Below the pieces are notes generated by a model, which ran no database searches, was not told the origin of the DNA, and was given only the letters and a program-made list of their open reading frames with translations. Below, piece after piece: positions 1-10,152 of a stretch of 64,000 bases of DNA. Each line of letters starts with the position of its first letter. Positions within the stretch are counted from its first letter, which is position 1. The DNA is from an uncultured Eubacteriales bacterium (lineage in GTDB: Bacteria > Bacillota > Clostridia > Oscillospirales > CAG-272), in assembly GCA_958352145.1 (NCBI GenBank), contig CATWNM010000007.1, forward strand, positions 5,865 through 69,864, given 5' to 3'. The position numbers and the translations under genes were made by a program.

Positions 1-7
1 TGCACAG

Positions 8-694
8 TCAAAATCTCTGCAGAAATACGCGGAGGATCGCATAAGAGCGCGCCGCGGCCATGGCGGCGAATTTCGGATATTCCATCTGCGCTTTCCCGTC
101 CGCGCTGTCGGAGATGGCGCGCAGCACGCCGAACGGGACTTTGTTGATATACGCGGCCTGCGCAACGGCCGCGCCTTCCATTTCGCAGGCCATCGCGCCG
201 AACGCGTGGCGGATCCATGCTTTTTTCTCCGGATCGGACAGAAATTGATCGCCTGAAGCGATCGTGCCGCGGCATGATTTTGCGCCGGTTTCGTCTGCAG
301 CTGCTACAAGTATGCGCCTAATGCGCGGATCTGCTTCAAAATAGACGGTATCGAGTCCGGAGATCATCCCCGGCGGATCACCGAGCGGGGTGGTGTCCAT
401 ATCATGCTGAACCAATCGGTCTGCAATGGCAATGTCGCCGATAGACAATTTTGTTGTGAGCGTGCCGGCCACGCCGCTGTTTAGAATGCATGCGGGCGCG
501 TAGCGTAAAATCATAGCTTCCGCACAGACGGCGGCGAATACCTTGCCGATGCCGCAGACCGCAAGCACGATCTCCTGTCCGCATAGGCGTCCACGCACAA
601 ATTCCATGCCGCTTATAGATTCGATGCCGGTGATCTGCATTTCTTTTTGAATCGCGTCGGCTTCGAGTTTCATAGCGCAAATGATTCCGATCAC
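8..694 (-). CDS. mtnN: 5'-methylthioadenosine/S-adenosylhomocysteine nucleosidase
   Basis: 228-aa ORF. N-terminus MIGIICAMKLEA and the CEMEGAAVAQ and LRAISD motifs are typical of PNP_UDP_1 family MTA/SAH nucleosidases. Confidence 0.85.
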   Translation of the reverse strand: MIGIICAMKLEADAIQKEMQITGIESISGMEFVRGRLCGQEIVLAVCGIGKVFAAVCAEAMILRYAPACILNSGVAGTLTTKLSIGDIAIADRLVQHDMDTTPLGDPPGMISGLDTVYFEADPRIRRILVAAADETGAKSCRGTIASGDQFLSDPEKKAWIRHAFGAMACEMEGAAVAQAAYINKVPFGVLRAISDSADGKAQMEYPKFAAMAAARSYAILRVFLQRF

Positions 695-762
695 TGTATT
701 TCTCCTTGATTATTTTTATTTCTATTTGTAGCTTGAGGCGCGATCACCTGCTTGTCTGAAGC

Positions 763-2508
763 CTATATGGCAAACTGCGCGTTCCAAAGTTCGGCGTAGA
801 AGCCGCCCTTTTTCAGCAGGGCATCATGGGTTCCTTGTTCGATGATGTTGCCGTCGCGCATAACAAGAATAACGTCAGCCTCGCGGATGGTAGACAGCCG
901 GTGCGCGACAATGAAGCTGGTTCGCCCCTGCATCAGTTTGGCAAACGCGTTTTGTATCCGCATTTCCGTCCGCGTGTCGATGGACGAGGTCGCCTCGTCT
1001 AAAATCAGCATCGGCGGCAGGCAAAGCATGATTCTCGTGATGCATAGAAGCTGCTTCTGACCGGCGCTGAGCGCGCCGCCGTCCTCGCCGATATAGGTGT
1101 CGTAGCCGTCCGGCAGACGCCGGATGAAGGCGTCCGCATGAGAAGCTTTTGCGGCTCTTTGCACTTCCTCGTCGGTTGCGTCGGGCTTGCCCATCACAAT
1201 ATTGTCCCGGATACTGCCTTCTTTGAGCCAAGTTTCCTGCAGCACCATGCCGAAGCTTTTTCGCAAAGAGGCGCGTGTGAGCTTTTGTACGGGGACGCCG
1301 TCTACAAGAATTTGTCCGCTTGTCGTGTCGTAGAAGCGCATCAAAAGATTAATCAGCGTTGTTTTTCCGCAGCCTGTTGGTCCGACAATCGCGATTCGCT
1401 GGCCATGCTCCGCATGGAAATGGAAGTTTTCAACCAGCTTTTTATCTGGCGTGTAGGAGAAGCAGACATTCTCAAAGCGGACGCTGCCCAAAGCGTTTTC
1501 AAGCGTTTTTGCGCCGGAGGCGTCCGGCTTTTCGGAATCGGTATCCAGAAGTTCAAAAATACGAGACGCGCAGGCCAGCGCATTTTGAAGTTCCGTAATC
1601 ACGCCGGAAATTTCATTGAACGGCTTTGTGTATTGGTTGGAATAGCGAAGAAACGTGGAAAGACTGCCCACGGTCATCGTCGCGCCCGCGCCGATACAGA
1701 AAAATCCGCCGAGCAGCGCGATGCCCAGATATACGAAGTTGTTGACCACACGTGTGGCGGGATTGGTCAGAGAAGAGAAAAAAATGGCCCGAAGCGAGCA
1801 TGTTTCCAGTTTATCGTTGATTTCATCAAATTTCCGCAGATTCTCATTCCCGTGCGAGAAAGCGACAGAAACTTTCTGATTGGTGATGCTTTCGTCGATC
1901 AGCGCGGTTTGCTCGGCCTTTGTCATGCTTTGCAGGATAAACATGGCGTGCGTCCGTTCGGCGATGAATTTGGCCACAAACAGGGACAGCGGCGTGAGCA
2001 CGACGACGAACAGCGCGATGCGCCAGTCGAGGAGCAGCATGAAAAAGAGCGTGCCGAGAATGGTCATGACGCCGGTGAAGAACTGCGTAAAGCCCATTAA
2101 AAGGCCGTCGGAAAATTGATCCACGTCCGAAATCACACGGTTGACGGTTTCGCCCGCGGGATGCGCGTCGATATACGAAAGGGGGAGCGATTGGATTTTT
2201 CGGATGGCGTCACGGCGAATATCCCGTACGATGGTGTAGGTGATGCTGTTGTTCAGAATGCTCATGATCCATTGAAGCAGCGCGGTTGCCGCGATAATCA
2301 GAGCGCCGCGCCAAAGCAGACGGCTGATCGCTTCAAAATCGATCGGGCCGCCCTCGATGCAGAGATCAATGGCGTCTCCGATCAAAATCGGGAGATAGAG
2401 CGTCATGGCTACGATAAAGATGGAGAGGATCAGGGTAAGAACCAGTTTTGGTATGCTGCTTCGCATATAACGGAGCGTTTTGCGGATCGTTTCTTTATTG
2501 CGCATCAT
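763..2508 (-). CDS. ABC exporter, fused permease/ATPase subunit (heterodimer partner B)
   Basis: 581 aa. N-terminal 6-TM exporter domain. Walker A GPTGCGKTT, signature LSAGQKQ, Walker B ILDEATS. Overlaps the upstream partner by 14 nt. Confidence 0.9.
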   Translation of the reverse strand: MMRNKETIRKTLRYMRSSIPKLVLTLILSIFIVAMTLYLPILIGDAIDLCIEGGPIDFEAISRLLWRGALIIAATALLQWIMSILNNSITYTIVRDIRRDAIRKIQSLPLSYIDAHPAGETVNRVISDVDQFSDGLLMGFTQFFTGVMTILGTLFFMLLLDWRIALFVVVLTPLSLFVAKFIAERTHAMFILQSMTKAEQTALIDESITNQKVSVAFSHGNENLRKFDEINDKLETCSLRAIFFSSLTNPATRVVNNFVYLGIALLGGFFCIGAGATMTVGSLSTFLRYSNQYTKPFNEISGVITELQNALACASRIFELLDTDSEKPDASGAKTLENALGSVRFENVCFSYTPDKKLVENFHFHAEHGQRIAIVGPTGCGKTTLINLLMRFYDTTSGQILVDGVPVQKLTRASLRKSFGMVLQETWLKEGSIRDNIVMGKPDATDEEVQRAAKASHADAFIRRLPDGYDTYIGEDGGALSAGQKQLLCITRIMLCLPPMLILDEATSSIDTRTEMRIQNAFAKLMQGRTSFIVAHRLSTIREADVILVMRDGNIIEQGTHDALLKKGGFYAELWNAQFAI

Positions 2509-4213
2509 TCATCCCTCCAAACTGCGATTCGTAGATTTCCCGGTACACTGCGCAGTGCTGCAGAAGCGCTTCGTGACGGTCGATTCCGACCGCCGTGCCG
2601 TCGTCTAGGACGATGATTTTGTCGGCGTGCATGACCGACGCGGCGCGCTGTGAAACAATAAATGTGACCGGTGCGGCCGTGCTCTGCCGTATGGCTGCGC
2701 GCAGGCGTGCGTCGGTAGCATAATCGAGCGCCGACGCGCTGTCGTCGAGGATCAGAATTTCTGGGCGGCGTACGAGCGCGCGTGCGATCGTCAAGCGCTG
2801 GCGCTGGCCGCCCGAAAGATTTTTGCCGCCTTCGGTAAGCTCGGCGTCGAGAGAACCCTTCGCTTTGATGATATCCGTCCCCTGCGCGGTCTCGATCGCG
2901 GCGAGGATCTCTTCGTCGGTCGCGTCCGCTTTGCCCCAGCGCATATTGTCCCGTATGGTGCCGTCAAAGAGCGCGGCTTTTTGCGGCACGACGCCGATTT
3001 TTGCACGCAGCGCTTCCGGCTCCCACGCGCGTACATCCAGGCCGTCTATCAATATCCGTCCGCCCGATACGTCGTAAAAACGGGGGATCAGGTTGATAAG
3101 TGAGGTTTTGCCGCTGCCGGTGCCGCCGATGATGCCGACGACTTCGCCGCGCTCGGCGGAAAAGCTGAGGTTTTGCAGAACGTCGCCGCCTGCCGGATAG
3201 TGGAACGAAACGTTGTCAAAGCGGATGAAGGGATGGCCTGATTCCCGCGGGATATCCAGCGTTTCCATAGGCTGCCCGGTTTGGAAGAATTCTTCGATAC
3301 GGCCTGCCGAAGCGACGGATTTTGTAATCGTAATGATGAAATTGGCAAATTTGATCAGTTCGATCAGGATTTGCGACATGTAGTCGTAAAGCGCCAGCAG
3401 CGCGCCCTGCGTCAGGACGCCCGCTTCCATACGGATGGCGCCCGTCCAGATAAGGGCGATGACCGCAATGTTGATGATGACGTAAGTGACCGGATTCAGC
3501 AGGACTGAAATTTTGGCCGCAAATTTTTGCAGGTGCGTGAGCGCTTCATTTTCACGGTCAAACTCGGAAATTTGCCGGTCTTCGGCGCAGAACGCACGGA
3601 TGACGCGCGCGCCGGTCAGGCTTTGCCGCGTGGATTTCAGTACGCGTTCGAGGTTCCTTTGAACTTTTTTGAAAAGCGGAACGGTGATCAGCGTGACGGC
3701 AAAAACGGCTGCAAACAAAAGCGGAACCGCTATGACGAAAATCAGCGCGCATTTTGCGTCAATCATAAAGGCGCAGATGATCGCGCCGAATACGATAAAC
3801 GGGGAGCGAAGCAAAAGGCGCAGCGTCATGTTGATTCCGGTCTGCACCTGATTGACGTCGCTTGTCATGCGCGTGATGATGTTGGATATACCAGCGCTGT
3901 CCAGATCCGGATAGGTAAAGTCCTGTACCTTTTTATACATGTCATGGCGAAGGCTTCTGGCCGCGCCGACGGCCGCTTTTGCGGAAAAATACTGTGCGGT
4001 GGCGGCGCTCAGGAAGCCGACGATACAGAACACCACCAAAATCGCGCACATAGCGGCGATATAAGGCTTATCGGCGTTTTTGATGCCGGTATCGACCAGA
4101 CGCTTGACGACAAGCGGCACCAGCAGTTCAAATGTCGCTTCGAGCATTTTGAACAGCGGCGCCAGCATCGCCTCTTTTTTATATTTTGACAGGTAGGAAA
4201 AAACGCGTTTCAA
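2495..4213 (-). CDS. ABC exporter, fused permease/ATPase subunit (heterodimer partner A)
   Basis: 572 aa. TM domain plus Walker A GGTGSGKTS, signature LSGGQRQR, Walker B LILDDSASALD. Confidence 0.9.
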   Translation of the reverse strand: MKRVFSYLSKYKKEAMLAPLFKMLEATFELLVPLVVKRLVDTGIKNADKPYIAAMCAILVVFCIVGFLSAATAQYFSAKAAVGAARSLRHDMYKKVQDFTYPDLDSAGISNIITRMTSDVNQVQTGINMTLRLLLRSPFIVFGAIICAFMIDAKCALIFVIAVPLLFAAVFAVTLITVPLFKKVQRNLERVLKSTRQSLTGARVIRAFCAEDRQISEFDRENEALTHLQKFAAKISVLLNPVTYVIINIAVIALIWTGAIRMEAGVLTQGALLALYDYMSQILIELIKFANFIITITKSVASAGRIEEFFQTGQPMETLDIPRESGHPFIRFDNVSFHYPAGGDVLQNLSFSAERGEVVGIIGGTGSGKTSLINLIPRFYDVSGGRILIDGLDVRAWEPEALRAKIGVVPQKAALFDGTIRDNMRWGKADATDEEILAAIETAQGTDIIKAKGSLDAELTEGGKNLSGGQRQRLTIARALVRRPEILILDDSASALDYATDARLRAAIRQSTAAPVTFIVSQRAASVMHADKIIVLDDGTAVGIDRHEALLQHCAVYREIYESQFGGMNDAQ

Positions 4214-4283
4214 AACCAGATTCTCCCAATAAGCAGATTTGCGTCTATTTTAGCATTTTTTAAGCGGTAAATCAACCGCTCTG

Positions 4284-4313
4284 CAAAAAAAGCCCCGGCA
4301 TTTTTGCCGGGGC
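4284..4313 (-). terminator. Rho-independent terminator downstream of the YD/M15 gene
   Basis: On the minus strand, GCCCCGGCA-AAAA-TGCCGGGGC is followed by a T7 run, about 30 nt after the stop at 4341. Confidence 0.6.
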
Positions 4314-4340
4314 CGGTATCCTGAAACGCTGAGCCGAAGA

Positions 4341-7300
4341 TCAATAATAATAGAAACCGCGGTTTTTGACTGTTTCGTACAGCGCGTACTGTCCGGCGGT
4401 GCAGTCTGCGTATTCGTAGACATAATCGTCATCCTGAATCAGCCGGCCGTATTCGTCGTATTTGTAGGTATGAGATTCAGAGGATACAAGATCGCCGTTT
4501 TCGGAATATTGTTTGACGCTGAGCAGGTTGCCGAAGATGTCATAAGCATAGATTGTCAGCGGGTCTTTTGGGCTCGTGTCTGTTCCCTCTACGCGCGCAT
4601 AGCGCGTAAGACGTCCGTGTGCGTCGTATTCTTTTTCATAAACAGCGGTTAATGTCCGCGCGTCCTGTTCGCCGAGCGCGTAGGTTGAGATACGTTCCAG
4701 CCTGCCGTCCGCTTTTGTTTCATACGCGTATTCGTACAGCGTCTCGAAAGGATCGTTTTGCGACGGCGCGTCGTACTGGCGCGCCGGTGTGCCGTCGGGA
4801 TTGTATTCGATCAGCGTGTGCAGCATAGACAAAGGAATATTGCTGATAGATTCGCTGGAACGCATGGTTCCGTCGTCATAGTAGGTATAACGCCTGATGT
4901 GCTTGGATTGCTCATGGATGGCCTCAATCAGCCGTCCCTGCATATCGTACGTATACTCTGTAATGCCGCTTGGAATACCGCCTTGGCTAATCCGCAGGAT
5001 AACCTGATCCGCATCGTTGTACTGATATGAAATACAGACATGTTCGCACTGGCAACTCGGACACCAGCTTTCCGCGCGAATCAGCCGCCCTTTTTCATCG
5101 TATTCATATTCGTACCGGTAATTCATTTCATTTTCGCCGCCGGTGAGGTTATGTATAAGCGGCCGTCCCTGTGAATCATAGGTGTGCGTGCCGGTCATCG
5201 TGGAAATCAACGGTCCATTTTGTTTGTATTCGTTCATGCGGATGCTGTCTCCGCGCGCGTCATAAAGCGCGGAATACACGACTTGATCTCCCTTATAATA
5301 CAATTCTTCAATACCGCAGTCTGCGGTGAAGCGAAATTCGGAGAGAAGACTTGGCGGGGTGGATCCGTTGGATTTATACGTCTTTGCCGGATAGCTGCAG
5401 TTTAAATCGGATGGTTCTACGCCGGGCTGCGCAACCGGTTCGTAGGCGGAGGTAATGCCGAGGTATTCCTCGAGACAAAGCCCGCTTTCCGTGACAGCGG
5501 CAGCAAGCTCTTTTCCAAGATAGCGGATGTGCCACGGCTCGTACATGTATCCGGTTTCGGCTTCTTTATCTTTCGGGTAGCGAATGATAAAGCCGTATTC
5601 GGCACAGTGTTCGGCCAGCCAGATGCCCTCCGGCGAATCGGCGAACCAGTCTTCGCAGACGTTAACGTCGATGGCCAGGCCGCTTTGATGCTCCGAGTGC
5701 CCCGGCCGCGCGGAATAACGGTCGGCGTTTTCCTGGCCGTCGCGCGCCGTATAGTTGCCGTATATCCGGCTTTGCAGTGCATAGCTGCGATAACCTGAAG
5801 CAATTTTCAGCGAAAGCCCCGCTTCGGCGGCCGCTTTTTTCATTTGGTCAAAAGCGGTTTTTGCATCGGGATGAAGCTGACCGGGGTCGTAATTTTCAGG
5901 CAGCGCATAGGTCTTGTTGACGATCAGCACGCCGTTTATGTAGGGAATACCGTTTACATATTGAATGATGGGTTTACCGTCTTCCGGAACAATATATCCG
6001 CTATCCAGCAGCGTCGGGGCGTATGTTTCTGGAATTTCAACGTCCGTCGGGACGGAAGTTTCCGGAGGATTGGTGTTTTCGGTCTGCGTTTTTCCCGGCG
6101 CAGCTTCCGGGTTCGGATCTGAGGGAAAATAATAGAATGCCGAATGCCCGAGGATCATTTCGTACAGCGCGTACTGCTCGGCGGTGCAGTCTGCATATTC
6201 GTAGATGCAGTTGTCTTTTTCCTTAATGCGTCCGTATTCGTCGTATTTGTAGGTATGGGTTTCGGAGGACACAAGCCTGCCGGTTTCGGAATATTTTTTG
6301 ACGCTGAGCAGGTTGCCGCAGGCGTCATACTCGTAAGTTATCAGAGGGTATTTTTGCCCTTTGTCCTCTCCCGCTGTCAGTTCGCAGCGGATCAGGCGGC
6401 CGTCTGCATCGTATTCTTTTTCATATACATTGTTTAACGTGCGCGTGCCGTGCTCGTCGAGCGCATAAGATGAGATGCGTTCCAGCTTGCCGTCCGCATT
6501 CGTTTCATATGCGTACTCATACAGTTTTTCAAAATAATCGCCTGACAACTCTGTTCGGTATTTGCGCGATATCGTGCCGTCGGGATTGTATTCTTTCAAA
6601 GTATGCTCGTGAACTATATAGTTTTGAATATATTCTGCCGATTTTAATGCGCCGTCTTCATAATAGGCATAACGCCAAATCGCTTGGGAATGGTTTCTTG
6701 TTTTTTCAATCAAACGTCCGCTTTCATCATAGGTATAATACACCGTATACGTGCAGAGGTCGCCGACAAAGTCGTCGCTGACTATCTGCGTCAGACGCCC
6801 CGCTTCGTCGTATATATATGCCGTAAGTATATGTTCATACCGTGTGCCCGGATTCCATTGTTCCTCTTGAATCAGCCGTCCGGCTTCGTCGTAGGTATAT
6901 TCATACCGGTCGGTTATGTCATTGATGGAGTCGTACAGGATGCGGGTCAGCGGTTTGCCGTCTTCGTTATACGTGTACGTACCGGTCGTTTCCTCAGTGA
7001 TTTTTCCGCCGCTTTTTTTCGTGCTGCGCACTCGGTCGCCGTATGCGTTGTAGCGCGTGATCGATTGCGTTTGGTTATATGAACTGTAACTGAATGTTTC
7101 TATACCGCCGTCTTCGGTAAAACGATATTCGGACAGCAGCATTTTCGAAGCGGAATTCTTTTGATATGTTCGAGCCTGGATGCTGTAACCGGGATAAGGC
7201 AAGAAATCGGCCGGCTGTATAGCATCGTCCGCGGTAACCGTGGTATCAGCCGTCGTATCGGCGAGAGGCGGTTCGGATGCCGGCGGGGTGTATGGAGGCG

Positions 7301-7376
7301 TGGTTTGAATTTCACAGGCGGAAAGTGCAGAGAAAAATAGAAAAACAGCAAAAATACAGGCAATCGGCTTTTTCAC
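4341..7376 (-). CDS. Lipoprotein with two duplicated YD-repeat modules flanking a VanY/peptidase M15B (D,D-carboxypeptidase-like) domain
   Basis: 1011 aa. Signal peptide plus lipobox (FSALSAC). About ten YxYDxxGRL-type repeats lie in each of two homologous modules (about nt 6128-7160 and 4344-5400). The central domain carries M15B zinc motifs SARPGHSEHQSGLAIDV and EPWHIRYLG. Confidence 0.8.
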   Translation of the reverse strand: MKKPIACIFAVFLFFSALSACEIQTTPPYTPPASEPPLADTTADTTVTADDAIQPADFLPYPGYSIQARTYQKNSASKMLLSEYRFTEDGGIETFSYSSYNQTQSITRYNAYGDRVRSTKKSGGKITEETTGTYTYNEDGKPLTRILYDSINDITDRYEYTYDEAGRLIQEEQWNPGTRYEHILTAYIYDEAGRLTQIVSDDFVGDLCTYTVYYTYDESGRLIEKTRNHSQAIWRYAYYEDGALKSAEYIQNYIVHEHTLKEYNPDGTISRKYRTELSGDYFEKLYEYAYETNADGKLERISSYALDEHGTRTLNNVYEKEYDADGRLIRCELTAGEDKGQKYPLITYEYDACGNLLSVKKYSETGRLVSSETHTYKYDEYGRIKEKDNCIYEYADCTAEQYALYEMILGHSAFYYFPSDPNPEAAPGKTQTENTNPPETSVPTDVEIPETYAPTLLDSGYIVPEDGKPIIQYVNGIPYINGVLIVNKTYALPENYDPGQLHPDAKTAFDQMKKAAAEAGLSLKIASGYRSYALQSRIYGNYTARDGQENADRYSARPGHSEHQSGLAIDVNVCEDWFADSPEGIWLAEHCAEYGFIIRYPKDKEAETGYMYEPWHIRYLGKELAAAVTESGLCLEEYLGITSAYEPVAQPGVEPSDLNCSYPAKTYKSNGSTPPSLLSEFRFTADCGIEELYYKGDQVVYSALYDARGDSIRMNEYKQNGPLISTMTGTHTYDSQGRPLIHNLTGGENEMNYRYEYEYDEKGRLIRAESWCPSCQCEHVCISYQYNDADQVILRISQGGIPSGITEYTYDMQGRLIEAIHEQSKHIRRYTYYDDGTMRSSESISNIPLSMLHTLIEYNPDGTPARQYDAPSQNDPFETLYEYAYETKADGRLERISTYALGEQDARTLTAVYEKEYDAHGRLTRYARVEGTDTSPKDPLTIYAYDIFGNLLSVKQYSENGDLVSSESHTYKYDEYGRLIQDDDYVYEYADCTAGQYALYETVKNRGFYYY

Positions 7377-7598
7377 GGCGCCCTCCTTGGATCAAAAAGA
7401 ATACAGTTTACTTTATAATAGCATTTTTTGTATGAAAATGCAAGCAAAAGTTTGAATGGCCGTTTCCTATATGTTTTCGAAGCTTTCATATTTCAGACAG
7501 ACGCACAGTATGTCTTATGGCCGTACTTTTTAATCAAAACATGTTCTGCGTTCTTTCGCTCACAAGATGCGTTCTTTTTTCTCTATTGATTGTCTTGA

Positions 7599-8426
7599 CT
7601 AAATGATATGATCCTCCGTTGGCGCATGGCCGAAATGTTTTGTATATGCGCGGTAAAATGTTGAGTAATCGCCAAAGCCGCTGCTCTCAAAGGCGCTTTG
7701 CATCGAGGCGCCGCCGCGGATTTTTTCTTTTGCTGCTGTCAGTCTTTTTACGGTAATGTATGTCCATGGCGCCGCGCCTGTTGCGGCTTTAAAAACACGA
7801 TTGAACTGCGATACGCTGAGAAAAAAATGTTCGGCGAGCATAGGGACCGAGATATCTTCGAGCAGATTTGTATTTACATAGATCACGATTTCTTCTGAGC
7901 GGCATTTTGGCGGCATGTATTCCGAAGCGCCTCTCTTCAGATAGGCTTTGTGCACAGCGTCCAGCATACACAGCAGACGGGTGAGGATTTTCAGCCGTTT
8001 ACCGTACTCGTCCTCCTCGCAGTAGCACATTTCATAAAACATTTTTTGCAGTGGAAAATCGCCGAATTCTGCGGATGCATACAGATTTCCGCGGCCAAGC
8101 GGTCTGTCTAAAAATGGGCGCATCAGTCTGCCCTCGGGATCAATATTCGCAAACAGGGAGAGCGGAAAGTTGATGTTATATCGCTCGTAGCTGCAGGAAG
8201 CTAGGATTTTCGGTTTGTGCGATTCGGCAGGGCGGATGAGCAGCAGATTTCCCGGCCGCAAAGGATAGCTTGTGCCCTCGACTAAATACTCTACTTTTCC
8301 CGCGAGGAAAAAATAGATCTCGCATGTCCCATGAATATGCATGGGAAACGCGGCGTCGTTTGGGGCAGCATCCATGCCGTGCTTTAAATAGATGCCGTCT
8401 TGTCTGTATTCCTGCAGAATATCCAT
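7599..8426 (-). CDS. AraC family transcriptional regulator (cupin sensor + AraC HTH)
   Basis: N-terminal cupin-like region (HIHGTCEIYFFLAGK) and C-terminal AraC-type double HTH (FNRVFKAATGAAPWTYITVKRL...FGDYSTFYRAYTKHFG). The likely start is the ATG at 8426, preceded by GGAGG. The ORF track extends to 8456. Confidence 0.85.
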   Translation of the reverse strand: MDILQEYRQDGIYLKHGMDAAPNDAAFPMHIHGTCEIYFFLAGKVEYLVEGTSYPLRPGNLLLIRPAESHKPKILASCSYERYNINFPLSLFANIDPEGRLMRPFLDRPLGRGNLYASAEFGDFPLQKMFYEMCYCEEDEYGKRLKILTRLLCMLDAVHKAYLKRGASEYMPPKCRSEEIVIYVNTNLLEDISVPMLAEHFFLSVSQFNRVFKAATGAAPWTYITVKRLTAAKEKIRGGASMQSAFESSGFGDYSTFYRAYTKHFGHAPTEDHII

Positions 8427-8568
8427 ACGTCCTCCGTGTGTATTTGTAATCTGCAACCATCATAGCATACTATGCGCGAATTTGCAATGTAAAATGCGTA
8501 AAATGGCAATTGAAATGTAAATTCGCTTACGATATACTAAAAGTAACAAGGAAAGAGGGGGGAAATTT

Positions 8569-9315
8569 ATGAGAATCGGTGCGCAGTTATTTACCGTGCG
8601 GGATTTTTGTAAAAATTTAAACGATTTTTCGGATACGCTTTCCAGAATCGCGGATATCGGGTACAAGTATGTGCAAGTCTCGGGCACCTGCGCTTATGCG
8701 CCTGCATGGTTGCAGGAGGAGCTTCGGAAAAACGGACTTTCCTGTGCTTTGACGCATATCTCCGCCAAACGTCTTTTAGAAGAGACGGAGCAAGTGATAT
8801 GCGATCATACCGTGTTTGACTGCGAATATATCGGGCTTGGACATTATTCCTTTTCACCGGCAGAAGAGAAATGCCGCGATTTTTGCAGGCAGTTTTCTCC
8901 CGTAGCGGAAAGAATTGCTCAAGGCGGAAAATATTTCATGTACCACAACCATGCGGGCGAGTTTCAAAAGATCGGCGGCAAGACGGTGCTTGCACATCTT
9001 GCTGAGGATTTTTCCGCGGATAAAATGGGCTTTACCTTAGATACTTATTGGATTCAGGTCGGCGGCGGAGATGCGGCAGACTGGATAGAAAGATTTTCAG
9101 GAAGAGTGCCCTGTATTCATCTTAAGGATTACGCCTACGGGCAGAAAATGGCGGTCGTCGGTGAGGGAAATCTGAATTTTGACCGCGTGTTTGTCAAAGC
9201 CGAGGACGCGGGCACAAAATATCTGCTTGTGGAACAGGATGACTGCGGAGGCGAGAACCCCTTTGATTGTCTGAAACGCAGCTATGACTATTTACGATCG
9301 AGAGGTTTTTCGTGA
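8569..9315 (+). CDS. Sugar phosphate isomerase/epimerase (xylose isomerase-like TIM barrel)
   Basis: 248 aa. Family-typical layout (MRIGAQLFTVRD..., HNHAGEF, HLKD). Strong RBS AAAGAGGGGGG upstream. Divergent from the AraC gene. Confidence 0.75.
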   Translation: MRIGAQLFTVRDFCKNLNDFSDTLSRIADIGYKYVQVSGTCAYAPAWLQEELRKNGLSCALTHISAKRLLEETEQVICDHTVFDCEYIGLGHYSFSPAEEKCRDFCRQFSPVAERIAQGGKYFMYHNHAGEFQKIGGKTVLAHLAEDFSADKMGFTLDTYWIQVGGGDAADWIERFSGRVPCIHLKDYAYGQKMAVVGEGNLNFDRVFVKAEDAGTKYLLVEQDDCGGENPFDCLKRSYDYLRSRGFS

Positions 9316-10139
9316 TGAGATTTGCACTGGCCGCATTTGCGGATGAGGCGGATCACAGTATAGCAAGACAAATCATCGCCCTGCGTGAAAACGGTATTTC
9401 GTATCTGGAAATTCGCGGCGTAGACGGCGAAAATGTTTCGAATATTACCTTGGCGAAAGCGAAAGAAGTGCGCGCGGAACTGGATGCAAACGGCATAGCC
9501 GTATGGTCGCTTGCTTCGCCCTATGGCAAGATCAAAATCAGTGATGATTTTGCACCGCACCTTGACGAGTTCAAGCGCGGACTGGAACTTGCGCATATTT
9601 TCGGCGCAAAGCATCTTCGTCTTTTCAGTTTTTATGTTCCCCACACAGGGGCAGACACGTATATCAATGAGGTAATGGAGCGCCTGGATTCGTTCCGCAC
9701 GGCTGCAAAGGGAAGCGGGATCATGCTCTGCCATGAAAACGAAAAAGGCATTTACGGCGATATCGCCTTCCGCTGTGCGCATATCCACCGGACATTTCCC
9801 GATATCAAAGCCGTGTTCGATCCTGCAAACTTTGTGCAGTGCGGGCAGGATACGTGTGCTGCATGGGAAGCTCTTTGCGGCTATGTGGAATACATGCATA
9901 TTAAAGATGCACTTGCGGACGGCACCGTTGTTCCTGCGGGAAAGGGCGTTGGCAATATCCCGTATCTTCTCGAACGATATCGAGGCGAGGTACTGACGCT
10001 TGAACCGCATCTGTCCGTGTTTAAAGGACTGGAAAATTTGGAAGCAGACGAACGATCCAGGATTGGAAATGATCGCTACGCTTCGAAGCGGGCGGCGTTT
10101 GACGCTGCGGCAGTGGCACTAAAGGAAATTATGAAATGA
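9315..10139 (+). CDS. Sugar phosphate isomerase/epimerase (xylose isomerase-like TIM barrel), second paralog
   Basis: 274 aa. The start ATG at 9315-9317 overlaps the upstream stop TGA at 9313-9315 by one nt, so the genes are translationally coupled. Motifs CHENEKG and HIKD. Confidence 0.75.
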   Translation: MRFALAAFADEADHSIARQIIALRENGISYLEIRGVDGENVSNITLAKAKEVRAELDANGIAVWSLASPYGKIKISDDFAPHLDEFKRGLELAHIFGAKHLRLFSFYVPHTGADTYINEVMERLDSFRTAAKGSGIMLCHENEKGIYGDIAFRCAHIHRTFPDIKAVFDPANFVQCGQDTCAAWEALCGYVEYMHIKDALADGTVVPAGKGVGNIPYLLERYRGEVLTLEPHLSVFKGLENLEADERSRIGNDRYASKRAAFDAAAVALKEIMK

Positions 10140-10152
10140 AATGGAGGCAGTC

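Noticed and set aside
1138-2100. 320-aa plus-strand ORF, with similar ones at 3527-4189, 2116-2616 and 40502-41524
   Set aside because: They are antisense to well-supported ABC transporter or TrkA genes, and their composition is biased toward Arg/Gly/Ala. These are shadow ORFs.
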